A DNA stretch of 64,000 bases, from assembly GCA_016183535.1 (NCBI GenBank), contig JACPEK010000003.1, forward strand, positions 327 to 64,326, in the 5' to 3' direction. Positions within the stretch are counted from its first letter, which is position 1; each line of letters starts with the position of its first letter. Source of the DNA: Candidatus Brennerbacteria bacterium (GTDB taxonomy: Bacteria; Patescibacteriota; Minisyncoccia; UBA6257; GWB1-50-10). Below are positions 1 through 12,107 of this stretch, in pieces. A model generated the notes under the pieces. That model searched no databases. It saw only the letters and a program-made list of their open reading frames with translations, and was not told where the DNA came from. The position numbers were made by a program, and so were the translations under genes.

Positions 1-1439
1 AAATGCGGCGCCATGAGCTGGAAAGCGATCGGCAATCCGCCAGCCGGCGAACCGCTCTCTCCGCCAACTGGCGAATTATACTTCTCAACCGGAATGGAGA
101 TCGCGGGGATGCCCGCGAGGTTTGCCGGGATGGTGAAAATGTCCGAGAGGTACATCTGGACAGGATCCTGCGTTTTCTCCCCGAACTTGAACGCAGGTGT
201 GGGCGTCGTGGGACCGAGTATTACATCCACCTCCTTGAAAGCGTTATCGAAATCGCGCGCGATGAGCGTACGCACCTTCTGCGCCTTCGCATAATAGGCA
301 TCATAGTAACCAGCCGAGAGCACGAACGTGCCGAGGAGAATACGCCGCTGTGCCTCCGCGCCAAAACCATACCCTCGCTGAAGTTCGTAGATGTCACGAA
401 GCGTCTTTGCCTCCTGCGCTTCGGGGATTCGCGCGTAGCGGACGCCGTCGAACCGCGCGAGATTCGCCGAAACCTCGGCGGGCATCACGAGGTAGTAGAC
501 CGAGAGCGCGTATTTCGTGTGGGGAAGCGATATTTCTTTAGTCTTGAATCCCAATTCCTCAAAGCGCGTGATGACGGTGTCCATCGCTTTTGTGACCTCT
601 GGCGCAAGCCCTTCGCCGAAATATTCCCTCGGTATACCGATGCATAACACTTTCTCATTTTTTAACTTGTCATCAGTAACTCGTAACTGGTCGCTCATAC
701 CTACCTGTCCGGCAGGCAGGCTCGTCGCATCCAAGGGGTCTCCGCCGTGGATCACGTTGAAAACCGCCTCGATATCCTCCACTGTTTTCCCGAAAGGTCC
801 GATCTGATCCAAGCTCGACGCCATGGCGATAAGTCCATGACGCGATACCGCCCCATAGGTAGGTTTCAACCCCACCACACCGCAGAACGCGGCGGGCTGG
901 CGGATCGAACCGCCGGTGTCTGATCCCAAAGCCACAAGCGCCATATCGGCCGCCACAGCGACCGCGGAACCGCCCGATGAACCGCCCGGGACGCGCGAAA
1001 TGTCGTGCGGATTCTTTGTCGGGCCAAACGCCGAGTTCTCCGTGGAAGAACCCATCGCGAACTCGTCTAAGTTTGTTTTCCCCATAATCACAGCGCCGGC
1101 ATCGCGCAATTTCTTCACCACCGTCGCGTCATAGCTCGCGGTATAGGACGCTAGGATCTTCGACCCCGCGGTGGTACGATGCCCCGCGACCAACATATTG
1201 TCTTTGAGCGCCACCGGCACACCGAGAAGAGGTTTTGGGTTGTTCCGTTCCCGAGCTTCTTCATCGACGCGAGCGGCCGCGGCGCACGCCTCTTCGCCGT
1301 ACGTTTCAAGATACGCGTGAAGTACTTCATCGCGCGCGCTAATGTTTGCGAGATACGTTTCGACCGCCTCGACCGCGGAGCACGCGCCGGCGCGGAGACC
1401 CTCGATATAGGTTTTAACCGTTATACTCTTGAAATCCAT
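1..1439 (-). CDS. gatA: Glutamyl-tRNA(Gln)/Asp-tRNA(Asn) amidotransferase subunit A (GatA), C-terminus truncated by window edge
   Basis: Minus-strand translation from ATG at 1439 gives MDFKSITVKTYIEGL... with the amidase signature GGSSGGSAVAVAA; runs to position 1 without a stop; lies immediately downstream of gatC. Confidence 0.85.
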   Translation of the reverse strand, partial: MDFKSITVKTYIEGLRAGACSAVEAVETYLANISARDEVLHAYLETYGEEACAAAARVDEEARERNNPKPLLGVPVALKDNMLVAGHRTTAGSKILASYTASYDATVVKKLRDAGAVIMGKTNLDEFAMGSSTENSAFGPTKNPHDISRVPGGSSGGSAVAVAADMALVALGSDTGGSIRQPAAFCGVVGLKPTYGAVSRHGLIAMASSLDQIGPFGKTVEDIEAVFNVIHGGDPLDATSLPAGQVGMSDQLRVTDDKLKNEKVLCIGIPREYFGEGLAPEVTKAMDTVITRFEELGFKTKEISLPHTKYALSVYYLVMPAEVSANLARFDGVRYARIPEAQEAKTLRDIYELQRGYGFGAEAQRRILLGTFVLSAGYYDAYYAKAQKVRTLIARDFDNAFKEVDVILGPTTPTPAFKFGEKTQDPVQMYLSDIFTIPANLAGIPAISIPVEKYNSPVGGESGSPAGGLPIAFQLMAPH

Positions 1440-1459
1440 AGAGAAAGATTTGTATTCTC

Positions 1460-1774
1460 CTATTCAAAAACAGGGGGCACCTTCAAAAATCCATTCTCGG
1501 ATTCGGGAAATGCCTCACGCGCTATATCGCCCGCAAGCGGTACGCCTCCGTCATTAGCCCGAATCGCATTCGTGAGTGTAGCGCTTCCCCTCGGCCGTAA
1601 CATATCCACGGGCGAGGCGGCCATAGGAAACACACCATCGGTCTTCACCTCGTTCAACTCCGCGACGTACGCGAGTATTTTTTCGAGGTCGTCTAAAAAT
1701 TTTTTCTCCTCGCCTTTCGCGAGCCGTATCCGCGAAAGCTCCGCAAGATTTTCGAGATTTTTTTCGGACAGCAT
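1460..1774 (-). CDS. gatC: Asp/Glu-tRNA amidotransferase subunit C (GatC)
   Basis: 104-aa ORF MLSEKNLENLAELSRIRL... typical GatC size and sequence; abuts ligA stop and precedes gatA. Confidence 0.8.
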   Translation of the reverse strand: MLSEKNLENLAELSRIRLAKGEEKKFLDDLEKILAYVAELNEVKTDGVFPMAASPVDMLRPRGSATLTNAIRANDGGVPLAGDIAREAFPESENGFLKVPPVFE

Positions 1775-3874
<2,100 letters not shown>

Positions 3875-4308
3875 TCAATAAGACTTGAGGAGAAAACTCG
3901 TCTCGAGCGCACGAATGGTGCGGCGGCCGGCATCTTTTCCGTTTGCCGATATCACCGCGATACCGTTCACATCCAAAGGATCGGGAATCACGAGACGGAT
4001 ATTTTCCGCGGTCGCGCCGTTTACCAACGAAGGCGCGGGCGCGGACGCCGTGCATGGATAGCTCGCGCACCCACTGGGGGTATGCTCAAAAAAATAGTAA
4101 TAGAGCGCGCGTTCGATGCCCGCATCGGCCGCAAAAATGGCGACGGTGGAATTCGCCGCGTCGTTCGACTGCTGAAGTTGATAGTACATGAGGAGTCCCG
4201 CCACCGCGGTCACGGTAAAAAGAATCCCTCCCATCATCACGACGATCAGGATGAGCGCCTGTCCCCCGCGGGGAAATGTATGAATGCCGGTGGAAATTAA
4301 AGACCGCA
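3875..4308 (-). CDS. PilX-like minor pilin / pilus assembly protein (N-terminal hydrophobic segment)
   Basis: ORF 3875..4447; best start MRSLISTGIHTFPRGGQALILIVVMMGGILF... (ATG at 4308) resembles a PilX N-terminal domain; last gene of the pseudopilin series. Confidence 0.45.
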
Positions 4309-4923
4309 TGCTCGAATAATGCTTTCGGGCGCTTTCGGCGCCTCCCGCGGCAAGACCCGCGAGCTCACGGTGGTCTGGAGTTTTGTTTCGCGATCCGCGA
4401 GCGCCGCGTTCCGCGGGCGTACCCCCATCGCGATGGTAATGCGCCACGGATTGCAGACATCATCGTTTGACAGGCCGTTTTGATTCTTCTGCGCCACCGT
4501 GAACGAAACGTACGCGATGGAGGTATTTTCGGCGGTGAGCGCGCGCGCGCCACCGCTCCCGCCCTGCCTTGTGAGTATTCCGCGAACGGCGTCATACGCA
4601 TACACGACCTTCTCCCCATCATGATTAGTAAACGCAACCGAGGAACCGGAGGTTCCGCAGGCGTTCCCCGGATTTTGCCCCTCACAGAAGCGGTATCCAG
4701 TCCTCATCTCCCGCGCCATCTGCTCCAGCACGCCTCCCGCATTGTTGTTCACCGCCATAAGTTCCGTGAGGAGACGTTGATCCCGCACCGCGTTCACAAA
4801 CACGCCCACCGCGATCGTGACGAGTATCGCAAACACCCCCATCGCCACCACGAGCTCAATAAGCGTGAATCCCCCACGTTGGCGATTGAAAATTGAAAAT
4901 TGAAAATTGAAAATGCTTCTCAT
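4297..4923 (-). CDS. Type IV prepilin-like pseudopilin (minor pilin) with class III signal peptide
   Basis: MRSIFNFQFSIFNRQRGG|FTLIELVVAMGVFAIL has the canonical G-FTLIE prepilin cleavage motif; the leader is encoded by a 4x heptanucleotide tandem repeat. Confidence 0.65.
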   Translation of the reverse strand: MRSIFNFQFSIFNRQRGGFTLIELVVAMGVFAILVTIAVGVFVNAVRDQRLLTELMAVNNNAGGVLEQMAREMRTGYRFCEGQNPGNACGTSGSSVAFTNHDGEKVVYAYDAVRGILTRQGGSGGARALTAENTSIAYVSFTVAQKNQNGLSNDDVCNPWRITIAMGVRPRNAALADRETKLQTTVSSRVLPREAPKAPESIIRACGL

Positions 4924-4924
4924 A

Positions 4925-5419
4925 TTAGCGCCTCCAGTTGAAGAAATGATCCTCGACATCAATCAATTCCACTTCTCCGCGTTCGTCCCACTCGACCGTC
5001 GCGCCGACTCTTACTTCACGCTCCGACGGGAACGCGATTGTAACGCGTCTCTTAAAAATAGTTTCGGCGCCCCCGCCCGCGAGGGCGTATAAGCCGCTTC
5101 CTTCGTTCAGGCGGAGCCGCGCGCCAGAAGCGGGAAACAACACCGCGCCAGCCACGGATCCATAATCGACCGTGAACGACCCTTCGGTGAGAAATTCCGT
5201 CCACTGACCGCTTCCCCGCTCCGCCACATTCGTATCAATGATGTTCTTTACCACCTCAATCCCCTCCGCGGCGAGTCCCGCCGCGATCGTGCGATTCATC
5301 ACGCCGCGGTTCAAGGCGAAAGAGCGAGTGAAAAGTGCCACAACCCCCAAGAGCCCCACCACCACGAGCCCGAGCGCCACCATGGATTCGGCGAGCGAAC
5401 TCCCCTCCCGATGATTCAT
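4925..5419 (-). CDS. Prepilin-type minor pilin (PilV/GspI-like, degenerate N-terminal motif)
   Basis: MNHREGSSLAESMVALGLVVVGLLGVVALF... has a hydrophobic pilin-like N-terminus; translationally coupled to neighbours. Confidence 0.5.
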   Translation of the reverse strand: MNHREGSSLAESMVALGLVVVGLLGVVALFTRSFALNRGVMNRTIAAGLAAEGIEVVKNIIDTNVAERGSGQWTEFLTEGSFTVDYGSVAGAVLFPASGARLRLNEGSGLYALAGGGAETIFKRRVTIAFPSEREVRVGATVEWDERGEVELIDVEDHFFNWRR

Positions 5420-5439
5420 ACGCCGATGTCGCGCGCCGT

Positions 5440-6006
5440 TCATTGTCGTGTGGTAACTTCGCCTCCCGCGCCGACCGCGACGGCGCTGGTTTTTTCGGTA
5501 CCGACAAGGCGCAGTGTTACTGTAATGCCCGGAGGATTCGTCACGAGATAGGGCGATTGGAAAAACACGTCGGGAGCCTCACTCCCCGCATCCGACACGA
5601 ACGACTCGAGCGCGACCCGATCGTTCAGCGTCACTTCTTCGATCAGCTCCCCCGCGCCGTCGTACCGCATGTTTTTCGTGGCGCAATCATCGTTTTGCGC
5701 GGGGAGATCTTCAAATAAAACGAGACGGTTTGGCTTCGTGAAGCGAACTCCGAAACCACAGGCCGCCGCGTTTCCTTTCATGATGTTCTTCTGTAGGGCG
5801 AAGGATCGCGCGCGATAGAGCACACCCGCCACCCGCGCCGTTTCCGCGGCGAGGACCACCTGGCTGTCGGTTGAACGATTATAAGAAAGCAGGAGTCCCG
5901 CAAGAAAGGCGGTGATGGCAGTTACCACAAGCACCTCAATGAGGGTAAATCCTGCGCTGTTTTTCACAAAACGGAGAAAATGGCGCCGGGCAAATCCGTC
6001 TTTCAT
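5440..6006 (-). CDS. Type IV pseudopilin (GspH/FimT-like)
   Basis: KNSAG|FTLIEVLVVTAITAFLAGLL prepilin N-terminal motif; 4-nt overlap with downstream gene. Confidence 0.65.
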   Translation of the reverse strand: MKDGFARRHFLRFVKNSAGFTLIEVLVVTAITAFLAGLLLSYNRSTDSQVVLAAETARVAGVLYRARSFALQKNIMKGNAAACGFGVRFTKPNRLVLFEDLPAQNDDCATKNMRYDGAGELIEEVTLNDRVALESFVSDAGSEAPDVFFQSPYLVTNPPGITVTLRLVGTEKTSAVAVGAGGEVTTRQ

Positions 6007-6042
6007 TGCGTCTATTATACCGCAGAGGCACGGTTTTTCGAA

Positions 6043-7062
6043 CTAAAAATTCAAGAGCTCGAAATACCACGAAAGAATCGGAAACCCAAGCGTAATGGTC
6101 GCTACAAATCCCAGTACGAGAAATGGTGCAAACGGCAGCTTGTCCCCTATTTTTTTTCTTCCAGTGGCCATGAGAAACCCCCCTCCCGCGCCGCCCGCGA
6201 TAAACGCAAACATGGCGGCAAGGGCGATGTCGGGAAATCCAAGAATAAATCCCGACGCGAGCGCAAGCTTTACATCGCCAAGCCCCATGGCGTTCCCGCG
6301 CGCAAGGAGACTCAAGAACCAGAAAAACATCCCGCCCGCGACGGCGCCTGCGAGATGCATAGCCAACGTTCCCTGAAGGAACGAGGGCGAAAAAAGAAGC
6401 GCGTAATGTTTCAGAAACGACGCGCGGAACGGAGGAAGCGCTCCGCCGTACGCGGCGAGAAGCGCCACAATCCCGACGCCGAGCGCGAGAAGCGCAACAT
6501 TCAACTCGTCGGGGACAAGGTAGTGCCGAATATCAATAACGACGATCGCGAGCCACGCGAGCGCCGCAAGATACCATAAGAAGAGAAAACCGTAGTACCA
6601 CCCGGGCGCCTCGAACGTCGCAATACCGCTCCACCAGCCGGCGGACCCGTACCACGCGCTAAAGAAAATTGGGATGCCGACCGCGAGCGCCGCGGCGGCA
6701 AGTTCGATCGCGGGGTACTGCCACGACAGGCGCGCGCCGCAGGAACGGCACCTCCCGCGTTGGAGCATAAAACTCACGAGCGGAATGAGCTCATACCATC
6801 GGAGTCTTGCGCGGCATTGCATACAATGCGAGCGCCTGCCCGCGCGGTCGGGAGATAAACCAAGCGAGATGCAGGAAAAAAAATTCCGCTCCGGAGAATA
6901 GCGAAGCGTGAGCGCATTCAAAAAACTGCCTGCGGCAAGACCAAAGAGGAAAAGTGAGGCGTAGAAGATGATGCTCATCGCGGTTAGTTGATTAGTTACG
7001 CTACGCTTTAGTTGATTAGTTTTCCCAAACTCACAGAGCGCGGAGCGAACGGAACTAATCAA
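6043..7062 (-). CDS. pilD: Prepilin peptidase PilD (A24 family)
   Basis: N-terminal zinc motif CMQCRARLRWYELIPLVSFMLQRGRCRSCGARL followed by a multi-TM peptidase body; true start may be the internal Met near 6978. Confidence 0.85.
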   Translation of the reverse strand: MISSVRSALCEFGKTNQLKRSVTNQLTAMSIIFYASLFLFGLAAGSFLNALTLRYSPERNFFSCISLGLSPDRAGRRSHCMQCRARLRWYELIPLVSFMLQRGRCRSCGARLSWQYPAIELAAAALAVGIPIFFSAWYGSAGWWSGIATFEAPGWYYGFLFLWYLAALAWLAIVVIDIRHYLVPDELNVALLALGVGIVALLAAYGGALPPFRASFLKHYALLFSPSFLQGTLAMHLAGAVAGGMFFWFLSLLARGNAMGLGDVKLALASGFILGFPDIALAAMFAFIAGGAGGGFLMATGRKKIGDKLPFAPFLVLGFVATITLGFPILSWYFELLNF

Positions 7063-7070
7063 CTATTTAA

Positions 7071-7535
7071 CTACGCGTAACTCTTCACGCAATACACCCT
7101 GTTCCCAATGTCGTCGCAGTTGCATCCCTCGCCGTAGTTTGAAATGCCGTTCCGGATATTTTCGTTCACATGACTCACGCCCGCCTGCCGCTCGCCCTCA
7201 AGACACACCCCGAGAAGATAGCTATTCGACGAGAGCCGTTGGTAGCCGTACTTCAATACACTCCCCGTAACCGCGTCGATGACGGGATCGTAGGGAGGCG
7301 CCTCAAGTGATTGATAGATGTCCGCAGGATAGCTCTGGTTCGCGGTGTAGTAAATCTCGAGCCGATTCTGTATCTGGCGAATATCCGAAATGCGACGCGT
7401 GTCGCGTGCATCGCGACGCACGTCGCCAAGTCCCACCAAAATGACGGAAGAAAGGACGCCGATGATGGCGACCACCACGAGCATTTCAACGAGCGTGAAT
7501 CCCCCGTTGCGCTGGCGTGCCATAAGAAAAATCAT
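7071..7535 (-). CDS. Type IV pilin (candidate major pilin, paralog 1)
   Basis: RNGG|FTLVEMLVVVAIIGVLSSVIL class III signal; 154 aa; Cys pair near the C-terminus. Confidence 0.8.
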   Translation of the reverse strand: MIFLMARQRNGGFTLVEMLVVVAIIGVLSSVILVGLGDVRRDARDTRRISDIRQIQNRLEIYYTANQSYPADIYQSLEAPPYDPVIDAVTGSVLKYGYQRLSSNSYLLGVCLEGERQAGVSHVNENIRNGISNYGEGCNCDDIGNRVYCVKSYA

Positions 7536-7540
7536 GCCCG

Positions 7541-7957
7541 TTAGGGAGTCACGCAGTAGATGTCCGCCGATGAACAGTTCATCGAGAGCGTGCAGGTGGA
7601 TGCGGTGGCGCCTCCGTTCGGTTTGTTGGCCGCATCTTCAAGATCGGTGCCAATCGTATAGGTCTGTCCCGAAGTGCAGTATGCATACCCGGGGTTCGTC
7701 TCGGTGCCGGTCGAGGGATCGCGCGGGAGCATGCTCGGCCACGGACTCAAGACGGGATAGCCTCCCACCGCATAGTTCGCCTCGAGATAGGTTTGTATCT
7801 GGCGCAAATCCGCCACGCGTTTCGTATCACGCGCCTTCTGCCGCGCACCGCCCACGCCGATCACCACCACCGAAGAAAGGAGTCCAATGATCGCCACCAC
7901 CACGAGCATTTCGATGAGGGTGAAACCACTTTGCTTATTTTTCATAGGAATTTTCAT
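7541..7957 (-). CDS. Type IV pilin (paralog 2)
   Basis: KQSG|FTLIEMLVVVAIIGLLSSVVV; 138 aa; shares an N-terminal ~45 aa near-identity with the adjacent pilin and diverges at the C-terminus. Confidence 0.8.
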   Translation of the reverse strand: MKIPMKNKQSGFTLIEMLVVVAIIGLLSSVVVIGVGGARQKARDTKRVADLRQIQTYLEANYAVGGYPVLSPWPSMLPRDPSTGTETNPGYAYCTSGQTYTIGTDLEDAANKPNGGATASTCTLSMNCSSADIYCVTP

Positions 7958-8055
7958 TAAAATTCACGAATAGTTCTGCGACCTTTCCATGTGCGGTAAT
8001 TGTAGCATATTCGTCAGAGTGTTATTCGTGAAATTCGCATTCCCGCTCGTGCCCC

Positions 8056-9261
8056 TTAAAATGATTTCGTGAGGTTGTAAAGCGGCAGAAGAATCGCGGC
8101 GAAGAGCCCCGCCACCATGAGCCCGATTACGACAAGAAGCGCGGGCTGGATGAGCTCGACGAGATTCGATACCGTATCGTCCACCTGCCGGTTATAGAAA
8201 GATGATACGCGCTCGAGCATAGTTTCGAGACGTCCGGTGGACTCCCCCACCGCAACGAGCTGGGCGACCAAGGGAGGAAAATAAGGCGCGCCTTTCAATG
8301 CCTGCGAGAGAAGCAAGCCCTTCCTGATCGCCTGCGCCACTTCATGGAGCACGTCTTCGTAGACGTAGTTCCCGATGGTGTGCGAGGAAATTTCGATCGC
8401 CTGCGGAATAGTGAGTCCCCCCTTAATGAGCACGCGCGCGGATTCCGCGAAACGCGCGATGTACACCTTCTGGAGGAGAGAGCCAACGAGCGGAAGCCGC
8501 AGACTCACCTCGTTCATCACCACGCGTCCCTCCGCGGTCTGGAGGTAATCGATCGCGAGCGCCGCGAGAATGCCGACCGCGATCAGAATCGCCCACCACC
8601 ACTCCGAAACGAGCGTCCCCGAGAAAAGCAGAATCTTCGTGAACGTCGGGAGTTCGACATTCACTTCAGTGAAAACGGGCGCGATCTGCGGGAGCACCAT
8701 AGTGACCATAATCACCACCACCACAATAAAAAGGCCGATCACGAACGCGGGATATACCAGCGCGTTTCGAAGTTTTCCGATGAGAATGGATTGTTTCTCG
8801 AGGTAGTCCGCGAGGAAGTCCAGTACTTCCGAAAGGCGGCCCGTCACTTCGGCGGATTTCACCATATTCACGTAAAATTCATTGAAGACGCCCGGGTGAC
8901 GCGAGAGCGCCTGCGAGAGGGAGAATCCTGATTCAATGTCCGAAGCGACCTCCGCGATAACCTCCTTCAAGACCGGCTTGGTTGCTTGTTCGTAGAGCGA
9001 CCGGAGGGAGTCGCCGATCGGCACCTGCGAGGCGATGAGGGTGGCAAACTGCCGCGTGAAGATCATGAGATCCGTCCCTTTCACTCGTTCGAAAAAATCA
9101 GTGATCCGCGTCCACCACCCCTGCTCCTTCATGGGTTCGAGAGAAAGCACATAGAGCTCGTGCGAAAGCAAAATGGCGACCGCCGCATCGCGTGAGGCCG
9201 CTTCGACGTTCCCCACCTGGAGCTCACCCTGTTTCGTTCGCGCTTTATAATTAAATTTCAT
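8056..9261 (-). CDS. pilC: Type IV pilus assembly platform protein PilC (GspF family)
   Basis: 401 aa with two GspF-type repeats and three TM segments; sits between pilT and the pilins. Confidence 0.85.
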   Translation of the reverse strand: MKFNYKARTKQGELQVGNVEAASRDAAVAILLSHELYVLSLEPMKEQGWWTRITDFFERVKGTDLMIFTRQFATLIASQVPIGDSLRSLYEQATKPVLKEVIAEVASDIESGFSLSQALSRHPGVFNEFYVNMVKSAEVTGRLSEVLDFLADYLEKQSILIGKLRNALVYPAFVIGLFIVVVVIMVTMVLPQIAPVFTEVNVELPTFTKILLFSGTLVSEWWWAILIAVGILAALAIDYLQTAEGRVVMNEVSLRLPLVGSLLQKVYIARFAESARVLIKGGLTIPQAIEISSHTIGNYVYEDVLHEVAQAIRKGLLLSQALKGAPYFPPLVAQLVAVGESTGRLETMLERVSSFYNRQVDDTVSNLVELIQPALLVVIGLMVAGLFAAILLPLYNLTKSF

Positions 9262-9284
9262 GTGAAGATAATAATAATTGGAAA

Positions 9285-10355
9285 TTAGGTTCTCTCGAGG
9301 AGTATCCTCAATTCCGCCGGGTTCAAAGAAAACGACTCCGCAGCTTCAAGCGAGATTTCTTTCCGCTTGATGAGATTCACGAGCGAGCGGTTTAAGGAAA
9401 TCATCCCCTCCTGCACGCTCGTTTCGATGACGAGATCAATCTGATAAATTTTCCGCTCGCGGATAAGATTCCGGATCGCCGAATTCGTGAGCATGATCTC
9501 CGCCGCCGGTATCCGGCCGCCGCCGATGCGCGGCACGAGCCGCTCGGAAATGATGCCGACCAAGGTCGAGGCGAGCTGGGACACCACCTGGCCTTGCTGT
9601 TCCGGCGGGAAACTGTCAATAATGCGGTCTATTGTTTGCGACGCGGAGTTCGTGTGGAGCGTGGAAAATACGAGATGTCCGGTTTCAGCGGCCGTCATCG
9701 CAGTCGCGATGGTCTCCGGATCACGCATCTCGCCGATCATGATAACGTCGGGATCCTGCCGCAAAACCGCGCGGAGCGCCTCGTGGAACGACACCGCGTC
9801 GCTCCCCACTTCACGCTGGGACACAATGCACCGATCTTGTGAAAAAAGATATTCGATAGGATCTTCGACGGTTATCACGTGTTCGGTGCGGGTGTGGTTC
9901 ACTTCATCAAGCATGGCGGCAAGGGTGGTTGATTTGCCGTGGCCGGCGGGACCCACGATAAGAACAAAACCTTGATGGAGCTTCACAAAATCGTGCAGGA
10001 GCGGAGGAAGGTTCAATTCGTCGACGGTGTGAATCTGCGCGGGGATAAGGCGGAGCGCCGCCGCCATGAAACCGCGCTGGAGATACACGTTCACGCGAAA
10101 CCGCGCTTTGTCCTCGTAGTTAAAGGAAAAGTCTATCTGCTTGATCTTCAAAAAACGTTCCTTCTGTTCAGGTGTGAGGAGTGCACTGATGAGCCCCTCG
10201 GCGTCTTCTTTCGTGAGAATGGGCTCGTTCATAAGCGGCACGAGTATGCTGTCCACGCGGAGTGTAGGCTTCCGCCCCACCGCGATATGGAGATCCGACG
10301 CCGCCTGCCGCGCCGTCACAAGGAGAAGTTCGTTTAATTTTTTTACGTAATCCAT
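9285..10355 (-). CDS. pilT: Twitching-motility retraction ATPase PilT
   Basis: 356 aa; Walker A GPAGHGKSTT; PilT-type N-terminal domain and Asp/His boxes. Confidence 0.88.
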   Translation of the reverse strand: MDYVKKLNELLLVTARQAASDLHIAVGRKPTLRVDSILVPLMNEPILTKEDAEGLISALLTPEQKERFLKIKQIDFSFNYEDKARFRVNVYLQRGFMAAALRLIPAQIHTVDELNLPPLLHDFVKLHQGFVLIVGPAGHGKSTTLAAMLDEVNHTRTEHVITVEDPIEYLFSQDRCIVSQREVGSDAVSFHEALRAVLRQDPDVIMIGEMRDPETIATAMTAAETGHLVFSTLHTNSASQTIDRIIDSFPPEQQGQVVSQLASTLVGIISERLVPRIGGGRIPAAEIMLTNSAIRNLIRERKIYQIDLVIETSVQEGMISLNRSLVNLIKRKEISLEAAESFSLNPAELRILLERT

Positions 10356-10363
10356 TTGATCCG

Positions 10364-12091
10364 CTACGCCGTCTCTTGTATCACTTCTTCAATCGACACC
10401 AGCCCCGCGAGCGCTTTCAACACGCCGTCCTGACGTAAGGTTACCATATCTTGCCGCCGCGCCTCATCCGCAAGTTTTCCCTCGGTGAACGGGCCCGTGA
10501 CGAGATCCGCAACCTCACGCGTCATTTGAAACAATTCAAAGAGCGCGACGCGCCCCACCACGCCTTTCCCCTTGCAGAGCGGACAGGTTTCTTTTGGCTC
10601 CGCCGCCCATACGGTGAAAGGAGTTTTTATTTTCGCACGCTCTTTTACTGTTTCCGGTAACTCCGCGAGCGTTTCTTCAATGATGCGTTCGATTTCTTTC
10701 GAGGGTTTCGTCTCGCGCCTGCATTGCGGGCACAGACGGAGCACGAGGCGCTGGGCCAGCATGAGATTCAAAGCCGAAGATAGCAGGAACGCCGGCACTT
10801 CAAGATCAATGAGCCGCGGGATAACCCCGATCGAGTTGTTGGTATGGATGGTGGAAAGCACCACGTGTCCCGTGAGCGCGGCGTTCACCGCAAGATTCGC
10901 CGTCTCCGCATCGCGGATCTCACCGACCATGATCACATCGGGATCTTGCCGGAGAATCTGGCGGAGTCCCGAGGCGAACGTGTAGCCGATCTCGGGCCGC
11001 ACCTGCGATTGGTTCATCCCTTCCATAAAATATTCGACGGGGTCTTCCAAGCTCACCGTGTTGACCGCTTCGCGGTTCAATTTTTGCATCATCCCGTAAA
11101 GCGTGGTGGTTTTTCCCGAGCCGGTGGGACCCGAAATAAGCACCATACCGTACGGCCGCGCGAGCGCGCGCTCCACGATCGGCAAATGGTACGCTTCGAG
11201 ACCGATCTGATCCAAACCTTTCATGCCAGTCGCGGGGTCGAGCACGCGAATCGCCACCTTTTCTCCGGTCGGCGTCGGAAACGTCGATACGCGATAATCA
11301 ATATCTCTTCCCTGCACGATGGTGCGGAACCGTCCGTCCTGCGGGATGCGAATCTCGTCGAGTTTGAGGCGCGCGAGTACCTTCACGCGCGATACGATCG
11401 GTTGGGCAAGCGCGGAAGGAAGCGAGCTTACCTCTTCGAGTTTTCCGTCGGTACGCATACGGATACGGAGCCGCGTGCGCTGTGGTTCGATATGGATGTC
11501 TGAAGCGCCTTCTTCGACTGCGTGCCGAAGCGTCGCCGCCACAATGGTGATGATGGGAGCGTCTTCGCCGGCGGTCGCCTCTTCAAGAAACACCACTTCA
11601 CTCCCGTCGCCAGGGAGTTTTCCAATTTCCTTCACCGCGGCCTCGACTTCACTCCGGTACGGCGCATAGCGGCGCCACGCGGCCCGGAGCGCGGAGGGGG
11701 TAACGAGATACACCCCGAGACTCATCCGCTCCCGCTTCGCGATGAAGCGAAGCGCTTCCTGCGCGCGGGGATCGTCGGGACGGAGCATGCCAACGACGAG
11801 CATCCCCTGTTCGCGCCCGATGGGTATCACCCGATAAGTGAGCGAGGTTTCCCGCGGGACTGTTTTGAAAAGATCTTCGGGGATGGCCGCAACCTCAACC
11901 GCCCGGTACGGAACCCCCATAAGCTCGGCTTTCACTTTTGCCACCGCTTCCTCCGAAACCTTCTTCCGTTCGTAGAGTAAATCTTCAAACGGCGCGCCGC
12001 CAAAACGCGTGGATTTTTCTATCTCCGCGCGTTCCTCCTCCGTCAGTATTTTTTGTGCGACGAGCGCATCGCCTAATGTTCGATCAGTCAT
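10364..12091 (-). CDS. pilB: Type IV pilus extension ATPase PilB (GspE family)
   Basis: T2SS-E N-terminal domain; Walker A GPTGSGKTTTLY; C-terminal tetracysteine CPQC...CPLCKG; the ORF-track start at 12214 is probably an artefact, and the Met at about 12091 fits the upstream gene stop. Confidence 0.88.
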   Translation of the reverse strand: MTDRTLGDALVAQKILTEEERAEIEKSTRFGGAPFEDLLYERKKVSEEAVAKVKAELMGVPYRAVEVAAIPEDLFKTVPRETSLTYRVIPIGREQGMLVVGMLRPDDPRAQEALRFIAKRERMSLGVYLVTPSALRAAWRRYAPYRSEVEAAVKEIGKLPGDGSEVVFLEEATAGEDAPIITIVAATLRHAVEEGASDIHIEPQRTRLRIRMRTDGKLEEVSSLPSALAQPIVSRVKVLARLKLDEIRIPQDGRFRTIVQGRDIDYRVSTFPTPTGEKVAIRVLDPATGMKGLDQIGLEAYHLPIVERALARPYGMVLISGPTGSGKTTTLYGMMQKLNREAVNTVSLEDPVEYFMEGMNQSQVRPEIGYTFASGLRQILRQDPDVIMVGEIRDAETANLAVNAALTGHVVLSTIHTNNSIGVIPRLIDLEVPAFLLSSALNLMLAQRLVLRLCPQCRRETKPSKEIERIIEETLAELPETVKERAKIKTPFTVWAAEPKETCPLCKGKGVVGRVALFELFQMTREVADLVTGPFTEGKLADEARRQDMVTLRQDGVLKALAGLVSIEEVIQETA

Positions 12092-12107
12092 GCCATTCCC
12101 TCTTGCC

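Noticed and set aside
8344-8931. 195-aa His-rich plus-strand ORF (HHHHNKKADH...)
   Set aside because: It lies entirely antisense to the well-supported pilC gene. The His/Arg richness is a by-product of reading GC-rich coding DNA in the wrong frame and strand.
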